From Bacteroidota bacterium (lineage in GTDB: Bacteria > Bacteroidota > Ignavibacteria > UBA10030 > UBA6906): a stretch of 64,000 nucleotides of DNA. The stretch lies in the NCBI GenBank assembly GCA_038247945.1, contig JBBRUI010000001.1, positions 650 to 64,649 on the forward strand, written 5' to 3'. This document shows positions 49,324-59,292 of this stretch, piece after piece; positions within the stretch are counted from its first letter, which is position 1; each line of letters begins with the position of its first letter. A model generated the notes under the pieces. The model was not told where the DNA came from and searched no databases. It worked only from the letters and a program-made list of their open reading frames with translations. The position numbers were made by a program, and so were the translations under genes.

Positions 49324-50683
49324 CATGGCAGAATCTATTCTTGTTGTCGACGATGAAGAAATTATCCGCGATTCGCTTTCGTTCGTGCTGAAGAAGGAAG
49401 GCTACCGCGTACAGCAAGCGGAGAATGGCCGCGCTGCGCTAGAGGCGTTCAAGGAAGGCTCGTTCGATCTCGTCATCACCGACCTGGAGATGCCCGAGAT
49501 GAAAGGTATTGCATTGCTCGAACAGATTACGTCGATCAGTCCGGAAACGCTGGTCGTTATCATAACGGCATACGGGTCGATTGAGACTGCTGTCGCGGCT
49601 CTACGCAAAGGTGCTGTGGATTATATCCTCAAGCCGGTCGAATTTGATGAGATGCTTGTGAAAGTGAGGCGGCTTCTCATGCAGCGCCGCCTTCAAATAG
49701 AAAACAAATTGCTGCGCAGTGAACTTCACAAAGAGTACGACTTCGCCAACATCATCGGCAAGAGTCCGGCGATGCACAAGGTCTTTGACACAATCAAAAA
49801 AGTTGCGCAGACCGATGGAACGGTGCTCGTCACGGGAAAGAGTGGCACGGGCAAAGAACTTATCGCACGCGCTATTCACTACAACAGCAAACGAAGAGAC
49901 CGGCCGTTTGTGACAGTGAACTGCGGCGCTATTGTTGAAACCCTCTTCGAAAGCGAACTGTTCGGCCACAAGAAAGGCTCCTTCACCGGAGCGTCGATGG
50001 ACCGCATCGGGTTCTTCAAGACGGCGGACAGCGGGACGATTTTTTTGGATGAAGTAAGCGAGATTCCGTTCCACCTCCAGGTAAAACTTTTGCGTGCTAT
50101 TGAATTGAAAGAGATAACTGCTGTTGGTACATCGCATCCGTTCTCCGTTGATGTGCGCATCATCGCCTCGACGAACCGCAACCTGGAGGCATTTGTCCAG
50201 GAAGGCAAGTATCGCGAAGACCTTTTCTACCGCCTGAATGTTGTGGGGATTGAACTTCCTCCGCTCTGCGAACGCGTCGAAGACATTCCGCTTCTCGTGC
50301 AGCATTTCGTTGCCAGGTATGCAAAACAAATGAGTAAATCGGTGAAAGGTGTAGATGCCGAAGCGATGAAAATCCTTCTCGCCCACTCGTGGAAGGGTGA
50401 AGTACGCGAACTCGAGAACATCATTGAGCGTGGCGTCATCTTTTCGGACGAAGAGTTTATAACAAGCAAAGAATTGCCTCAACTCGCAGAGCAACAACAC
50501 GACGTCTACTCGTTCGGCGGAGCCAAACCGCTGAAGGAATCTGTTGCAGATTTCGAACGTCAATACATTTCACACATGCTGCGCATCAATCCCGACAGAG
50601 AGGAGTTGGCGAAGGTGTTGGACATCAGCCTTTCCAGCCTCTACAGAAAGATCAAAGAGTTGAATATTCCTTCTCAGGCTTGA
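49310..50683 (+). CDS. Sigma-54-dependent response regulator (NtrC family)
   Basis: Receiver domain (VVDDEEII...D), an AAA+ sigma-54 activator domain with GSFTGA (GAFTGA variant), and a C-terminal Fis-type HTH. Confidence 0.85.
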   Translation: MERNDMAESILVVDDEEIIRDSLSFVLKKEGYRVQQAENGRAALEAFKEGSFDLVITDLEMPEMKGIALLEQITSISPETLVVIITAYGSIETAVAALRKGAVDYILKPVEFDEMLVKVRRLLMQRRLQIENKLLRSELHKEYDFANIIGKSPAMHKVFDTIKKVAQTDGTVLVTGKSGTGKELIARAIHYNSKRRDRPFVTVNCGAIVETLFESELFGHKKGSFTGASMDRIGFFKTADSGTIFLDEVSEIPFHLQVKLLRAIELKEITAVGTSHPFSVDVRIIASTNRNLEAFVQEGKYREDLFYRLNVVGIELPPLCERVEDIPLLVQHFVARYAKQMSKSVKGVDAEAMKILLAHSWKGEVRELENIIERGVIFSDEEFITSKELPQLAEQQHDVYSFGGAKPLKESVADFERQYISHMLRINPDREELAKVLDISLSSLYRKIKELNIPSQA

Positions 50684-50818
50684 GAATTATTGTAGCTTCT
50701 TTCTTACAAATCGGAACAATCCAAGTTTAGGCTCCTTCTCGCCAAAAATCTATTTTTGGAATTGTAGCCCCAGCGCTCGTACGCCAAGCATTTAACGCGT
50801 GGCCCCCTTCCCGCCGTC

Positions 50819-50835
50819 TGGCACATTACTTGAAA
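50819..50835 (+). promoter_or_regulatory. Candidate sigma-54 promoter upstream of the usp gene
   Basis: TGGCAC-attac-TTGAA. Spacing is correct and the -24 element is perfect, but the -12 lacks GC. Confidence 0.3.
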
Positions 50836-50876
50836 ATGTACCACCAGCATTGATTCTAAATACGCGGGTAAACGTC

Positions 50877-51377
50877 ATGATTTATCTTAAAAAAATTCTT
50901 ATTACCACGGATTTGTCAGAGCATTCTTTTGCAGGGTTCGAACACGGGCTCTCGTTCGGGCTTTTGTACGGAGCGAAGGTATATGTCCTGTACGTTGTTG
51001 CGCGCACTGCCCCCATGCTGGTGCTTCATGGTGTTGAGGGGGATATAGAGTTGCAGTCTGCCCAGAATGTAGAAGCAGGAGTAAAGAAACTCAACAGTTT
51101 TATTTCCGAACATTTAGGAACGGATAGAAAAGTTATTCCCGTTGTACGAAGCGGTATTGCCGAAGAAGAGATTATCCGGTTTGCTGAAGAAGAACATGTG
51201 GACCTGATTGTTCTTGCGACGCACGGATGGACGGGGATGAGGCACATCTTCATGGGAAGCGTTGCCGGGAAACTGGTGAGACATTCAACAATACCCGTGC
51301 TGACAGTAAAACCGGCGCCGATGCAGGATGAAATCGTCCGCGATGAGGATGTGGAAAAGGAATTGCATCTCCGATGA
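50877..51377 (+). CDS. Universal stress protein (UspA family)
   Basis: ILITTDLSEHS...LIVLATHGWTGMRHIFMGSVAGKLVRHSTIPVLTV. Start taken at the ATG at 50877. Confidence 0.75.
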   Translation: MIYLKKILITTDLSEHSFAGFEHGLSFGLLYGAKVYVLYVVARTAPMLVLHGVEGDIELQSAQNVEAGVKKLNSFISEHLGTDRKVIPVVRSGIAEEEIIRFAEEEHVDLIVLATHGWTGMRHIFMGSVAGKLVRHSTIPVLTVKPAPMQDEIVRDEDVEKELHLR

Positions 51378-51401
51378 AAACTTCCCGGAAAGACAATTGC
51401 C

Positions 51402-51836
51402 GTGACGCTTGAACTGCAAAAGAAAGACCTGAACGCCCTCCAGCCGTCAGGCCTGAAGTTGACAACCGTTGACGAGAAGAAAAAGACAATTCTCATCTAT
51501 AGTCCGGATCTGAATTTCTGTTTCAGCCTCTCCATGCTGTTTCAGAACAAGTTCAATGTTATCACCACCACGAACCCTTCGACGCTTGAATCGTTCGTTA
51601 TGCATTACTCCGCGAATCTTTTGATCGTTGATGCCTCCCCATCAGCTAAGATGCGCGAACAACTGCACGCGTTGAAGGAACTGAACCATGAACTGCCGAT
51701 CATTATGCTGTATGTGTATAGTCCCAAGGAGGCTCTTCTTGATCAAGATGTCCGTAAAGAAGTAGACTCTGTATTTTACAAGCCATTTGACCTCTCGGCA
51801 GTTTCCACACGCATCAACGGCCTTCTTTCTGTGTAG
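51402..51836 (+). CDS. Receiver-domain-like protein (stand-alone, possibly atypical)
   Basis: ILIYSPD...LLIVDAS...FYKPFD fits a CheY-like fold pattern. Assignment of the phospho-acceptor residue is uncertain. Confidence 0.4.
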   Translation: MTLELQKKDLNALQPSGLKLTTVDEKKKTILIYSPDLNFCFSLSMLFQNKFNVITTTNPSTLESFVMHYSANLLIVDASPSAKMREQLHALKELNHELPIIMLYVYSPKEALLDQDVRKEVDSVFYKPFDLSAVSTRINGLLSV

Positions 51837-52009
51837 AAGGTTGCAGTTCTCCGCGGATACTTTCCCTGAAAGATTCCCGCAAATAGAAATTTCTCTCATT
51901 CTTTGGAAAAATCCGCGGTCGGATTGCATGAATGTGGCAATTTTATACAATTACGCTTGGCATGTCAATTGGACTCAGTACGGTGTTAGTTAGATGGAAT
52001 CAAACTGAA

Positions 52010-54190
52010 ATGGAAGCTATAAACATATTCAATGTCCCGATCAGGAAACGGATTTTCCTGCACCTCCTTTTCCCTCTGTGGGTTCTGCTCCTCCGGCCTC
52101 CCATTGTGCCTGCCCAGGAAAACCCTGTCTGCCTTACATGCCATGCAGAAAACTCCCTGACAAAGGAAGATCACGGGCGCGTTCGGTCGTTGTTTGTGGA
52201 TGGGAAGGGATTCCAGAAATCTGCGCACGGCGAATTGGAGTGCGTTTCATGCCACGAGGGATTTCGAGCCGATGTACTTCCCCATGCGCGCAAAATAAAG
52301 CGTGTTGACTGTACTTCGTGCCACGCGGAACAACAGTTCGTGAACTACAAACAAAGCGTTCACGGAAAAGCGAAGGCGGGAAAGGTCGCCGGTTCATGCA
52401 GCGACTGCCATACAACACATGCCATTCAGAAAATCTCGGACAAGCAATCAAGTGAGAGAAAGGAATTTGCCGCGCAGATTTGCGAGCAATGTCATGCCGA
52501 TGTGAAGACGAAGTACATGGCATCGAATCACGGTATTGCCCTTGCTGCGGGCGTGAAGGGCGCCCCGACGTGCATTGATTGCCACGGCGAGCACGAAGTT
52601 GCATCGCCCATGTCTGAAGGAGCGCTAACGAGCAGAAAAAGAGAAGCAGAGATGTGCCTCAGTTGCCATCAAGACAAAGAGGAAGTGCGCGCGCGTGTCG
52701 GTCCATCGGCTGGTTTCATTGCAAGTTATGAGAATAGCGTTCACGCAAAGGCAGTGATGGAAGGGAATGAAGCTGCAGCTACATGCAGCGATTGTCACGG
52801 AAGCCACGAAATGAAGAAGGGCTCGAATGCGGAATCAAAAGTATCAAAACAGCATATCGCGGCAACATGCGGCCAGTGCCACGGCGATGTGAAAGAGCAA
52901 TATGAAGGAAGCATTCACGGCAAGGCGCTTGCTTCGGGTATCATCGCGTCGGCAACGTGCACGGATTGTCATGGCGAGCATAATATTCTTTCGCACAGCG
53001 ACCCGCGTTCACCGGTCGCCCCGAAAAATGTTTCCGCACAGGTGTGCTCGCCATGCCATGCGTCGGTGAAGTTGACGCAAAAGTTCGGGCTTGCAAGTGA
53101 TCGCTTCACGAGTTTTGCGGACAGCTATCACGGCCTTGCAAGCAAAGCCGGCTCCATCGAAGTGGCGAACTGTGCAAGCTGCCACGGTGTGCACGACATC
53201 AAACCCTCATCAGATTCCACGTCGAGAATTGCGCCAAAGAATCTTGTGCAAACGTGTGGCACGTGCCATCCGGGTGCGAATGTGAACTTTGCCAAAGGGA
53301 AAGTGCACATCATTGCCACGTCCGGGGAGGACAGAATTCTGTACTATATTTCAACCGGATATATTGCACTCATCATTCTCACCATCGGTGGAATGGTGTT
53401 TCATAATATTCTCGATTTCATCAAGAAATCGAAGCGGCAGTTAATGTATCGTCGGGGATTGTTACCACGCAAGCATCACTCGCCGAAGATGTACCTCCGC
53501 ATGTCGCTTGATGAACGTCTTCAGCACGGGACATTGTTGGTGAGCTTCACGGTATTAGTGATAACCGGTTTTGCGTTGCGGTTTCCGGATGCGTGGTGGG
53601 TCGAGACGATCCGAAGCATCAGCCCGGCAATGTTTGAGCTGCGGAGTTGGTCGCATCGCATTGCAGGCGTCATCATGGTCCTCGCCAGCCTCTATCATGT
53701 ATATTACCTCTTTTTTGTTCCGCGTGGAAAACAACTTCTTCGCGATATGCTGCCAGTGCGAGAAGACATTTCACAGGTTGTGGGAGTTTTTAAATATTAT
53801 TTCGGCTACTCTTCTGAGAAGCCACAGTTCAGACGCTTTAGTTACATTGAGAAAGTGGAGTATTGGGCGCTGATTTGGGGAACGATTGTAATGGCGGTGA
53901 CGGGCTTCATTCTCTGGTTCGATAACACGTTCATGGGGCTGCTCACCAAATTGGGTTGGGATATTGCTCGAACGGTTCACTACTACGAAGCATGGCTTGC
54001 CACACTCGCCATCGTTGTCTGGCATTTTTATTTCGTGATCTTCAACCCCGATACCTATCCGCTCAACCTTGCATTCTGGAAAGGGACATTGACGGAGGAA
54101 GAAATGGAAGAAGAGCATCCGCTTGAGTTGGAAGAAATAAACCGACGCGAGTTGCTGGAGAAATCTTCCGAAGAAGAGTTGAAGTCCTGA
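52010..54190 (+). CDS. CbcL-like fused multiheme cytochrome c (~13 CxxCH) plus a b-type cytochrome membrane domain
   Basis: About 13 CxxCH motifs in the periplasmic part. The C-terminal ~280 aa have about 5 TM helices with conserved His (HydC/FdnI-like). The start (ATG 52010, signal peptide MEAINIF...PAQE) is uncertain; the track ORF begins at 51932. Confidence 0.6.
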   Translation: MEAINIFNVPIRKRIFLHLLFPLWVLLLRPPIVPAQENPVCLTCHAENSLTKEDHGRVRSLFVDGKGFQKSAHGELECVSCHEGFRADVLPHARKIKRVDCTSCHAEQQFVNYKQSVHGKAKAGKVAGSCSDCHTTHAIQKISDKQSSERKEFAAQICEQCHADVKTKYMASNHGIALAAGVKGAPTCIDCHGEHEVASPMSEGALTSRKREAEMCLSCHQDKEEVRARVGPSAGFIASYENSVHAKAVMEGNEAAATCSDCHGSHEMKKGSNAESKVSKQHIAATCGQCHGDVKEQYEGSIHGKALASGIIASATCTDCHGEHNILSHSDPRSPVAPKNVSAQVCSPCHASVKLTQKFGLASDRFTSFADSYHGLASKAGSIEVANCASCHGVHDIKPSSDSTSRIAPKNLVQTCGTCHPGANVNFAKGKVHIIATSGEDRILYYISTGYIALIILTIGGMVFHNILDFIKKSKRQLMYRRGLLPRKHHSPKMYLRMSLDERLQHGTLLVSFTVLVITGFALRFPDAWWVETIRSISPAMFELRSWSHRIAGVIMVLASLYHVYYLFFVPRGKQLLRDMLPVREDISQVVGVFKYYFGYSSEKPQFRRFSYIEKVEYWALIWGTIVMAVTGFILWFDNTFMGLLTKLGWDIARTVHYYEAWLATLAIVVWHFYFVIFNPDTYPLNLAFWKGTLTEEEMEEEHPLELEEINRRELLEKSSEEELKS

Positions 54191-54261
54191 GCGTTTTTCA
54201 GCGAAGGATTATCAAAGTTTGTCGAGTTCAGTATGGTTTGCAAAGAGGTTTTTGAATTCTG

Positions 54262-56340
54262 ATGTTACACAAAACACCAAATCATTTTTGTAGGGATGTG
54301 CGCTTGCGCCGTCCCGCGTTGCCTTACCGCAAGCGAAGCGGAGTTATTGCTCGGTTTTGGACATGGCGGAGCCATGTCCCTACGATTTTCTTCATTTGGT
54401 TTGTTGGGGCGATGGCGTCTCAGACGTTCGCACAGGAGAACAGCGATTGCCTGATATGTCACAGCGATAAGTCGGCAACAGGCAAACGCAACGGCAGAAC
54501 TATTTCCATCTATATCAACGAAAAGAAGTTTACCGGGTCGATCCATACTTCCTTGCAATGTGTGGGATGCCATACCGACGTTGCCGGCAAAGATTTTCCT
54601 CACGACGAACAGTTGGCGAAAGTGGAATGCGGAACCTGTCATACAACTGAACAAGAGCTTCATGCAAAGTCGCTGCACGGCAAAGCAATCAACCGCGGTG
54701 ACGCGTTGGCACCGCGGTGCAAGGATTGTCACGGCACCCACGATATATATTCTGCGAAAGACTCCCGCTCCCAAGTCGCTGCGCTGAAAGTCCCATTCCT
54801 CTGTGCTAAATGCCATCAAGAGGGAACGAAAGTGATGCAGCAACGGAACATCCATCAAGACCACATCCTCGAAAATTTCTCCGAGAGCATTCACGGCGAA
54901 GCATTGTTCAAGAAGGGGTTGATTGTTGCACCGAACTGCGCTTCATGCCATACGGCGCACTCGATTCTTCCTCATACCGATCCCGCATCATCCATCGCTC
55001 GAAAAAATATCTCGGCCACATGCGCCAAATGTCACGCACAAATCGAGGCGGTACACCGAAAAATAATCAAGGGTGAATTGTGGGAGAAGCAAGCGCACAC
55101 GTTGCCTGCATGTGTTGATTGCCACCAGCCGCACAAAGTGCGGAAGGTATTTTACGATCAAGGGATGGCGGACTCGGATTGCATGCGCTGTCATAACAAC
55201 GAAGCGTTGAAGTCGGGCAAAGATGGTCGCTCACTCTTTGTTCGCATGGATGAAAAGATTCAGTCGCGTCATGCGAAGACGGCATGCAGCCAATGTCATT
55301 CCGAAGTGAACGCCTCGCATGTGCGACCGTGCGAGACGATTACGAAGAAGGTGGATTGTGCCTCATGCCATGCCGAAGTTGGACAGCAATATGTGAAGAG
55401 TACGCACGGGCAGTTGATTGCAAAGAACGACCCGAATGGACCGACGTGTAAAGAATGCCACGGAACGCATGGAGTGAAGGGGAAGCTCCAGCCGGAATCG
55501 CCGACGTTTGCAACCAATATTCCCAAGCTCTGCGCACGTTGCCATCGCGAAGGAGAGAAGGCTGCCGTTCGTTACTCCGGAAGCCAGCACGACATCATCG
55601 CGCATTACACGGAAAGCATTCACGGCAAAGGTTTGATGAAGAGTGGACTCACGGTGACGGCAACGTGCACAAGCTGTCACACTGCGCATAGCATGTTGCC
55701 GAAGACTGATTCGTTGTCGAGTGTGAATCCAAAAAACGTTCCGGCGACATGCGGGCGTTGCCATCATGGAATTGAAGAACAGTTTGAGCAGAGCATCCAC
55801 CATGTAAAGGTCGGGAAGACCGACAAGCCACTGCCCGTCTGCAACGACTGCCACAGCGCGCACACAATCCGCCGCGCAGATGAGCAAGGCTTCAAGCTGG
55901 ACATTATGACCAAGTGCGGACGCTGCCACGAAGACATTGCAAAGACGTACTTCGATACGTATCACGGCAAAGTCTCGCAACTCGGTTACACTAAAACGGC
56001 AAAGTGTTATGATTGCCATGGCGCGCACGATATTCTTGCCGTTGCCGACCCGAAATCTCATTTGAGTCGCGAGAATGTTGTTGCAACATGTCAGAAATGC
56101 CACGAAGGCGCAACCAGAAAATTTGCAGGCTACTTAACGCACGCGACGCACCACGACCCGCAGAAGTACCCATTCTTGTTCTGGACGTTTTGGGGAATGA
56201 CCGGCTTGCTGGTTGGAACATTTGTCCTTGGTGGCGTGCACACAATTCTCTGGCTACCGCGTGCGCTGCAAATGAGAAGAGAATTGAAAAAAGAGTCTGA
56301 ACGAAAAGACAATCCTAATGCAAACGACAATCAAAAATGA
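54262..56340 (+). CDS. Multiheme cytochrome c (~19 CxxCH), C-terminally membrane-anchored
   Basis: About 19 CxxCH motifs, a signal-like hydrophobic stretch PTIFFIWFVGAMASQTFAQE and a C-terminal TM helix. The start codon is uncertain because of a long N-terminal extension. Confidence 0.7.
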   Translation: MLHKTPNHFCRDVRLRRPALPYRKRSGVIARFWTWRSHVPTIFFIWFVGAMASQTFAQENSDCLICHSDKSATGKRNGRTISIYINEKKFTGSIHTSLQCVGCHTDVAGKDFPHDEQLAKVECGTCHTTEQELHAKSLHGKAINRGDALAPRCKDCHGTHDIYSAKDSRSQVAALKVPFLCAKCHQEGTKVMQQRNIHQDHILENFSESIHGEALFKKGLIVAPNCASCHTAHSILPHTDPASSIARKNISATCAKCHAQIEAVHRKIIKGELWEKQAHTLPACVDCHQPHKVRKVFYDQGMADSDCMRCHNNEALKSGKDGRSLFVRMDEKIQSRHAKTACSQCHSEVNASHVRPCETITKKVDCASCHAEVGQQYVKSTHGQLIAKNDPNGPTCKECHGTHGVKGKLQPESPTFATNIPKLCARCHREGEKAAVRYSGSQHDIIAHYTESIHGKGLMKSGLTVTATCTSCHTAHSMLPKTDSLSSVNPKNVPATCGRCHHGIEEQFEQSIHHVKVGKTDKPLPVCNDCHSAHTIRRADEQGFKLDIMTKCGRCHEDIAKTYFDTYHGKVSQLGYTKTAKCYDCHGAHDILAVADPKSHLSRENVVATCQKCHEGATRKFAGYLTHATHHDPQKYPFLFWTFWGMTGLLVGTFVLGGVHTILWLPRALQMRRELKKESERKDNPNANDNQK

Positions 56341-57274
56341 AATGGCAATAGAGGAAGAAAAGAAATCGCCTGTCGACGTCGCACCGCCGGTGGTTCAGAA
56401 TTCATCCCGCAGTCATTCCGCGATGAGTGAACGATTGGATGAAGTGGGCGAAAAACAATTCCTCCGCTTCTCGCGTCTCAACCGGACACTGCATGTCATC
56501 ATGATTGTGAGTTTTATGAGTCTGGCGCTCACGGGCATGACGCTGAAGTTCTCGTACACAGGCTGGGCATCGTTCCTCTCGCATTTGTTTGGCGGCTACG
56601 AGTCGGCGGGGTTCATTCACCGCTTTGCTGCCGTGTTGATGGTGGGAATCTTCATCACACACATTACGGATTTGGCGCGGCAGAAAAAGAAGGAATTTGG
56701 TTCGTGGAAAGCCCTGCTGCTGGGCCCGGACTCCATGCTCTTCAACAAAAAGGATTTTCAGGATTTCATCGGCAACGTGAAATGGTTCTTACACAAGGGA
56801 CCGCGCCCGAAGTACGGACGCTGGACGTATTGGGAGAAGTTCGATTACTTTGCTGTGTTCTGGGGAATCTTTGTCATCGGCTCCACAGGTTTTATGCTTT
56901 GGTTTCCGGAATTCTTTACGCGTTTTATACCGGGAGAGTTCCTCAACATTGCCTCCATTATCCACAGCGATGAAGCCCTACTTGCAGTCGGGTTCATTTT
57001 TACGGTGCACTTCTTCAACACGCATCTCCGTCCCGAAAAGTTTCCGATGGACATCGTTGTCTTCACAGGACGCATGGAGTTGGAAGAGTTCAAGCTCGAC
57101 AAACCGGCGGAGTACGAAGCGCTTGTGAAGAGCGGCGAATTGGAAAAATATCTTGTTGAGCCATATCCGCCCATAGTGATCAGAGCTGTACGCGTTTTTG
57201 GCTGGACCGCGCTGACAATCGGTTTCAGTATAGTTATTTGGATTATTTATGCAATGATGTTTGCTTATAGGTAA
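56318..57274 (+). CDS. b-type cytochrome membrane subunit (Ni/Fe-hydrogenase/FdnI-type cytochrome b family)
   Basis: FLRFSRLNRTLHVIMIVSFMSLALTGM and further TM helices with His. 318 aa. Confidence 0.6.
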   Translation: MQTTIKNEMAIEEEKKSPVDVAPPVVQNSSRSHSAMSERLDEVGEKQFLRFSRLNRTLHVIMIVSFMSLALTGMTLKFSYTGWASFLSHLFGGYESAGFIHRFAAVLMVGIFITHITDLARQKKKEFGSWKALLLGPDSMLFNKKDFQDFIGNVKWFLHKGPRPKYGRWTYWEKFDYFAVFWGIFVIGSTGFMLWFPEFFTRFIPGEFLNIASIIHSDEALLAVGFIFTVHFFNTHLRPEKFPMDIVVFTGRMELEEFKLDKPAEYEALVKSGELEKYLVEPYPPIVIRAVRVFGWTALTIGFSIVIWIIYAMMFAYR

Positions 57275-57329
57275 ATCGACACGTAAATTCTTGTTAGTTT
57301 GTCTGCTCGATGCACTTTCAAGAGAATCT

Positions 57330-58823
57330 ATGAAACGTATTTTTCCAACTTCGTTCTACAATACCCTTACGCTCATCGGCACATTCGTCGCCGGAGTGAG
57401 CCTCGGCATTTTCTTCTTTCTGTTCCTTTTGGAAGCGACTGCCGAACATCCCAACCCGTATATCGGCATCATGGCTTTCGTGATCCTGCCTGTATTCCTT
57501 GTATTGGGCGCGCTTTTGATGGTTGTCGGGGTAATCCGGGAACATCGGCGGGAGCGACTCGGCAAGCCTCATGGTCTGCACCTGCCGAAGATTGATCTGA
57601 ACAACCCGCATCATCGGACGGCGTTGACGTTGGTCGCGTTCGGTGCAATCGCGCTGCTCGGGTTCATTACGTTCAGCAGTTTCAAAGGATATGAGTACAC
57701 CGAGTCTGATCAATTCTGCGGCGAAACTTGCCACACGGTGATGGAACCGGAATATACGGCGTACCAGTTCTCTCCCCACGCCCGCGTCGGATGCGTGCAA
57801 TGCCACATCGGGTCGGGAGCGAGTTACTTTGTCAAGTCAAAGCTCTCCGGCAGTTATCAGGTGTACGCGGCAATATTCAACAAGTTTCCCAGACCGATTC
57901 CCACGCCCATCAATAATCTTCGTCCGGCGCAGCAAACATGCGAGCAATGCCACTGGCCGAAACAGTTTTTCAGCGAGAAGTTGCGCTCCAATTCGTACTA
58001 CATCTCAGATGAAAAAAATACAAAGTGGACGCTCGATTTGTTGATGAAGGTAGGTGGTGGAAATATTGAAGCCGGCCCGACGTCCGGCATCCACTGGCAT
58101 ATGAACCTCGCCAATGAAGTAACGTATGCTGCAGCGGACTCACAACGACAATCCATTCCATGGGTACAAATCAAAGGGCCGGATGGCAAGATAGAAGTGT
58201 ATCGCAGCACGGAGAATCCGGTCAGTGATGACGATCTGAAAAAAATGGAAACGCGGCGGATGGATTGCATCGATTGCCATAATCGTCCCACACACATCTA
58301 TCATCCGGGGGCGCGATCAGTCAATCACGTAATGGCGTTGGGATGGATCGACCCGAAATTGCCGAACGTGAAAAGCACCGCAGTCAATGCTCTCGAGGGT
58401 TCGTACGCCACAAAACAAGCTGCGCAGGACAGTCTCAAGCTGTTCATCGAGGAGTACTATCAAACCAATTATCCCGAAATTATGCGGACGAAGAAAGCAG
58501 AAATCGATCGGACAGTCGCGGAGGTGCGGAAGATTTACAGTCGCAGCTATTTCCCCGAGATGCGGGTGAGCTGGAAAAAGTACCCCGATAATCTCGGACA
58601 TATGTATTATCCCGGCTGCTTCCGGTGTCACGACGGGAAACATGTTTCGGAGAGCGGCAAAACCCTGTCGCGGGATTGCAATACGTGCCATACAATTCTC
58701 TCCCAGCGGTTCGAGCAGGATTCTTTGCGCCTATCGCTCGGCGGCGTCGAATATAAACACCCTGTCGACATTGGCGACGCGTGGAAGGATACGAATTGCA
58801 GCGATTGTCATAACCAACAATGA
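57330..58823 (+). CDS. ImcH-like inner-membrane heptaheme cytochrome (NapC/NirT-related)
   Basis: 2-3 N-terminal TM helices, then seven heme motifs. The first is the atypical CGETCH (CX3CH) and the rest are CxxCH. A NapC/NirT-like segment FSPHARVGCVQCH is present. Start taken at the ATG at 57330. Confidence 0.55.
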   Translation: MKRIFPTSFYNTLTLIGTFVAGVSLGIFFFLFLLEATAEHPNPYIGIMAFVILPVFLVLGALLMVVGVIREHRRERLGKPHGLHLPKIDLNNPHHRTALTLVAFGAIALLGFITFSSFKGYEYTESDQFCGETCHTVMEPEYTAYQFSPHARVGCVQCHIGSGASYFVKSKLSGSYQVYAAIFNKFPRPIPTPINNLRPAQQTCEQCHWPKQFFSEKLRSNSYYISDEKNTKWTLDLLMKVGGGNIEAGPTSGIHWHMNLANEVTYAAADSQRQSIPWVQIKGPDGKIEVYRSTENPVSDDDLKKMETRRMDCIDCHNRPTHIYHPGARSVNHVMALGWIDPKLPNVKSTAVNALEGSYATKQAAQDSLKLFIEEYYQTNYPEIMRTKKAEIDRTVAEVRKIYSRSYFPEMRVSWKKYPDNLGHMYYPGCFRCHDGKHVSESGKTLSRDCNTCHTILSQRFEQDSLRLSLGGVEYKHPVDIGDAWKDTNCSDCHNQQ

Positions 58824-58836
58824 AAGATCCGGCAAT

Positions 58837-59292
58837 ATGATTAATGACGGACGCGATCGATTCGAGAACGGCAAGCGCGATTTCCTGAAATACGTGCTGG
58901 GCGGAAGCCTCATCGCATGGGCAGGATCCATTCTGTACCCTCTGTTCGCGTACCTTAAACCGCCGAAGCAGGCGGAAGTTGAAGTGAGCAGCGTTAAGGT
59001 CGGCAAGCTGTCGCAGATTGACAAAGACAGCGGCACCATTGTTCGGTTCGGCAACAAGCCAGTCATTCTCGTCCGGACCGCAACCGGTGATCTCCGCGCA
59101 TTCTCCGCGACCTGTACGCATCTTGATTGCACTGTTCAATACCGTAAGGACTTTGGCGCGATCTGGTGCGCGTGTCATAACGGACGGTACGACCTGAATG
59201 GCCGCAACATTGCCGGTCCGCCTCCGCGCCCTCTCGATGAATATCGTGTCATCGTTCAGGGCGAAGAAGTTCTTATCTCTAAAAAATCATGA
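58837..59292 (+). CDS. Rieske [2Fe-2S] iron-sulfur protein
   Basis: CTHLDC...CACHNGRY (CxH-x15-18-CxCH boxes). N-terminal TM anchor. Start at the ATG at 58837; the track's upstream extension is not real. Confidence 0.8.
   Translation: MINDGRDRFENGKRDFLKYVLGGSLIAWAGSILYPLFAYLKPPKQAEVEVSSVKVGKLSQIDKDSGTIVRFGNKPVILVRTATGDLRAFSATCTHLDCTVQYRKDFGAIWCACHNGRYDLNGRNIAGPPPRPLDEYRVIVQGEEVLISKKS

Noticed and set aside
49601-50563. 320-aa minus-strand ORF
   Set aside because: It is antisense to the sigma-54 activator gene, whose AAA+ motifs are unambiguous.
51956-51975. Sigma-54-like element TGGCAT-gtcaa-TTGG upstream of the CbcL-like gene
   Set aside because: The -12 element is GG rather than GC. It is too weak to call without transcript data.
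54374-54455. Alternative-frame ATG as the start of the 19-heme cytochrome
   Set aside because: That frame gives MSLRFSSFGLLGRWRLRR... and a stop after 26 codons. The hydrophobic signal is only in the main frame.
58642-58836. Upstream extension of the Rieske ORF
   Set aside because: It overlaps the ImcH-like gene in another frame. The ATG at 58837 immediately follows that gene's stop and precedes the TM anchor.
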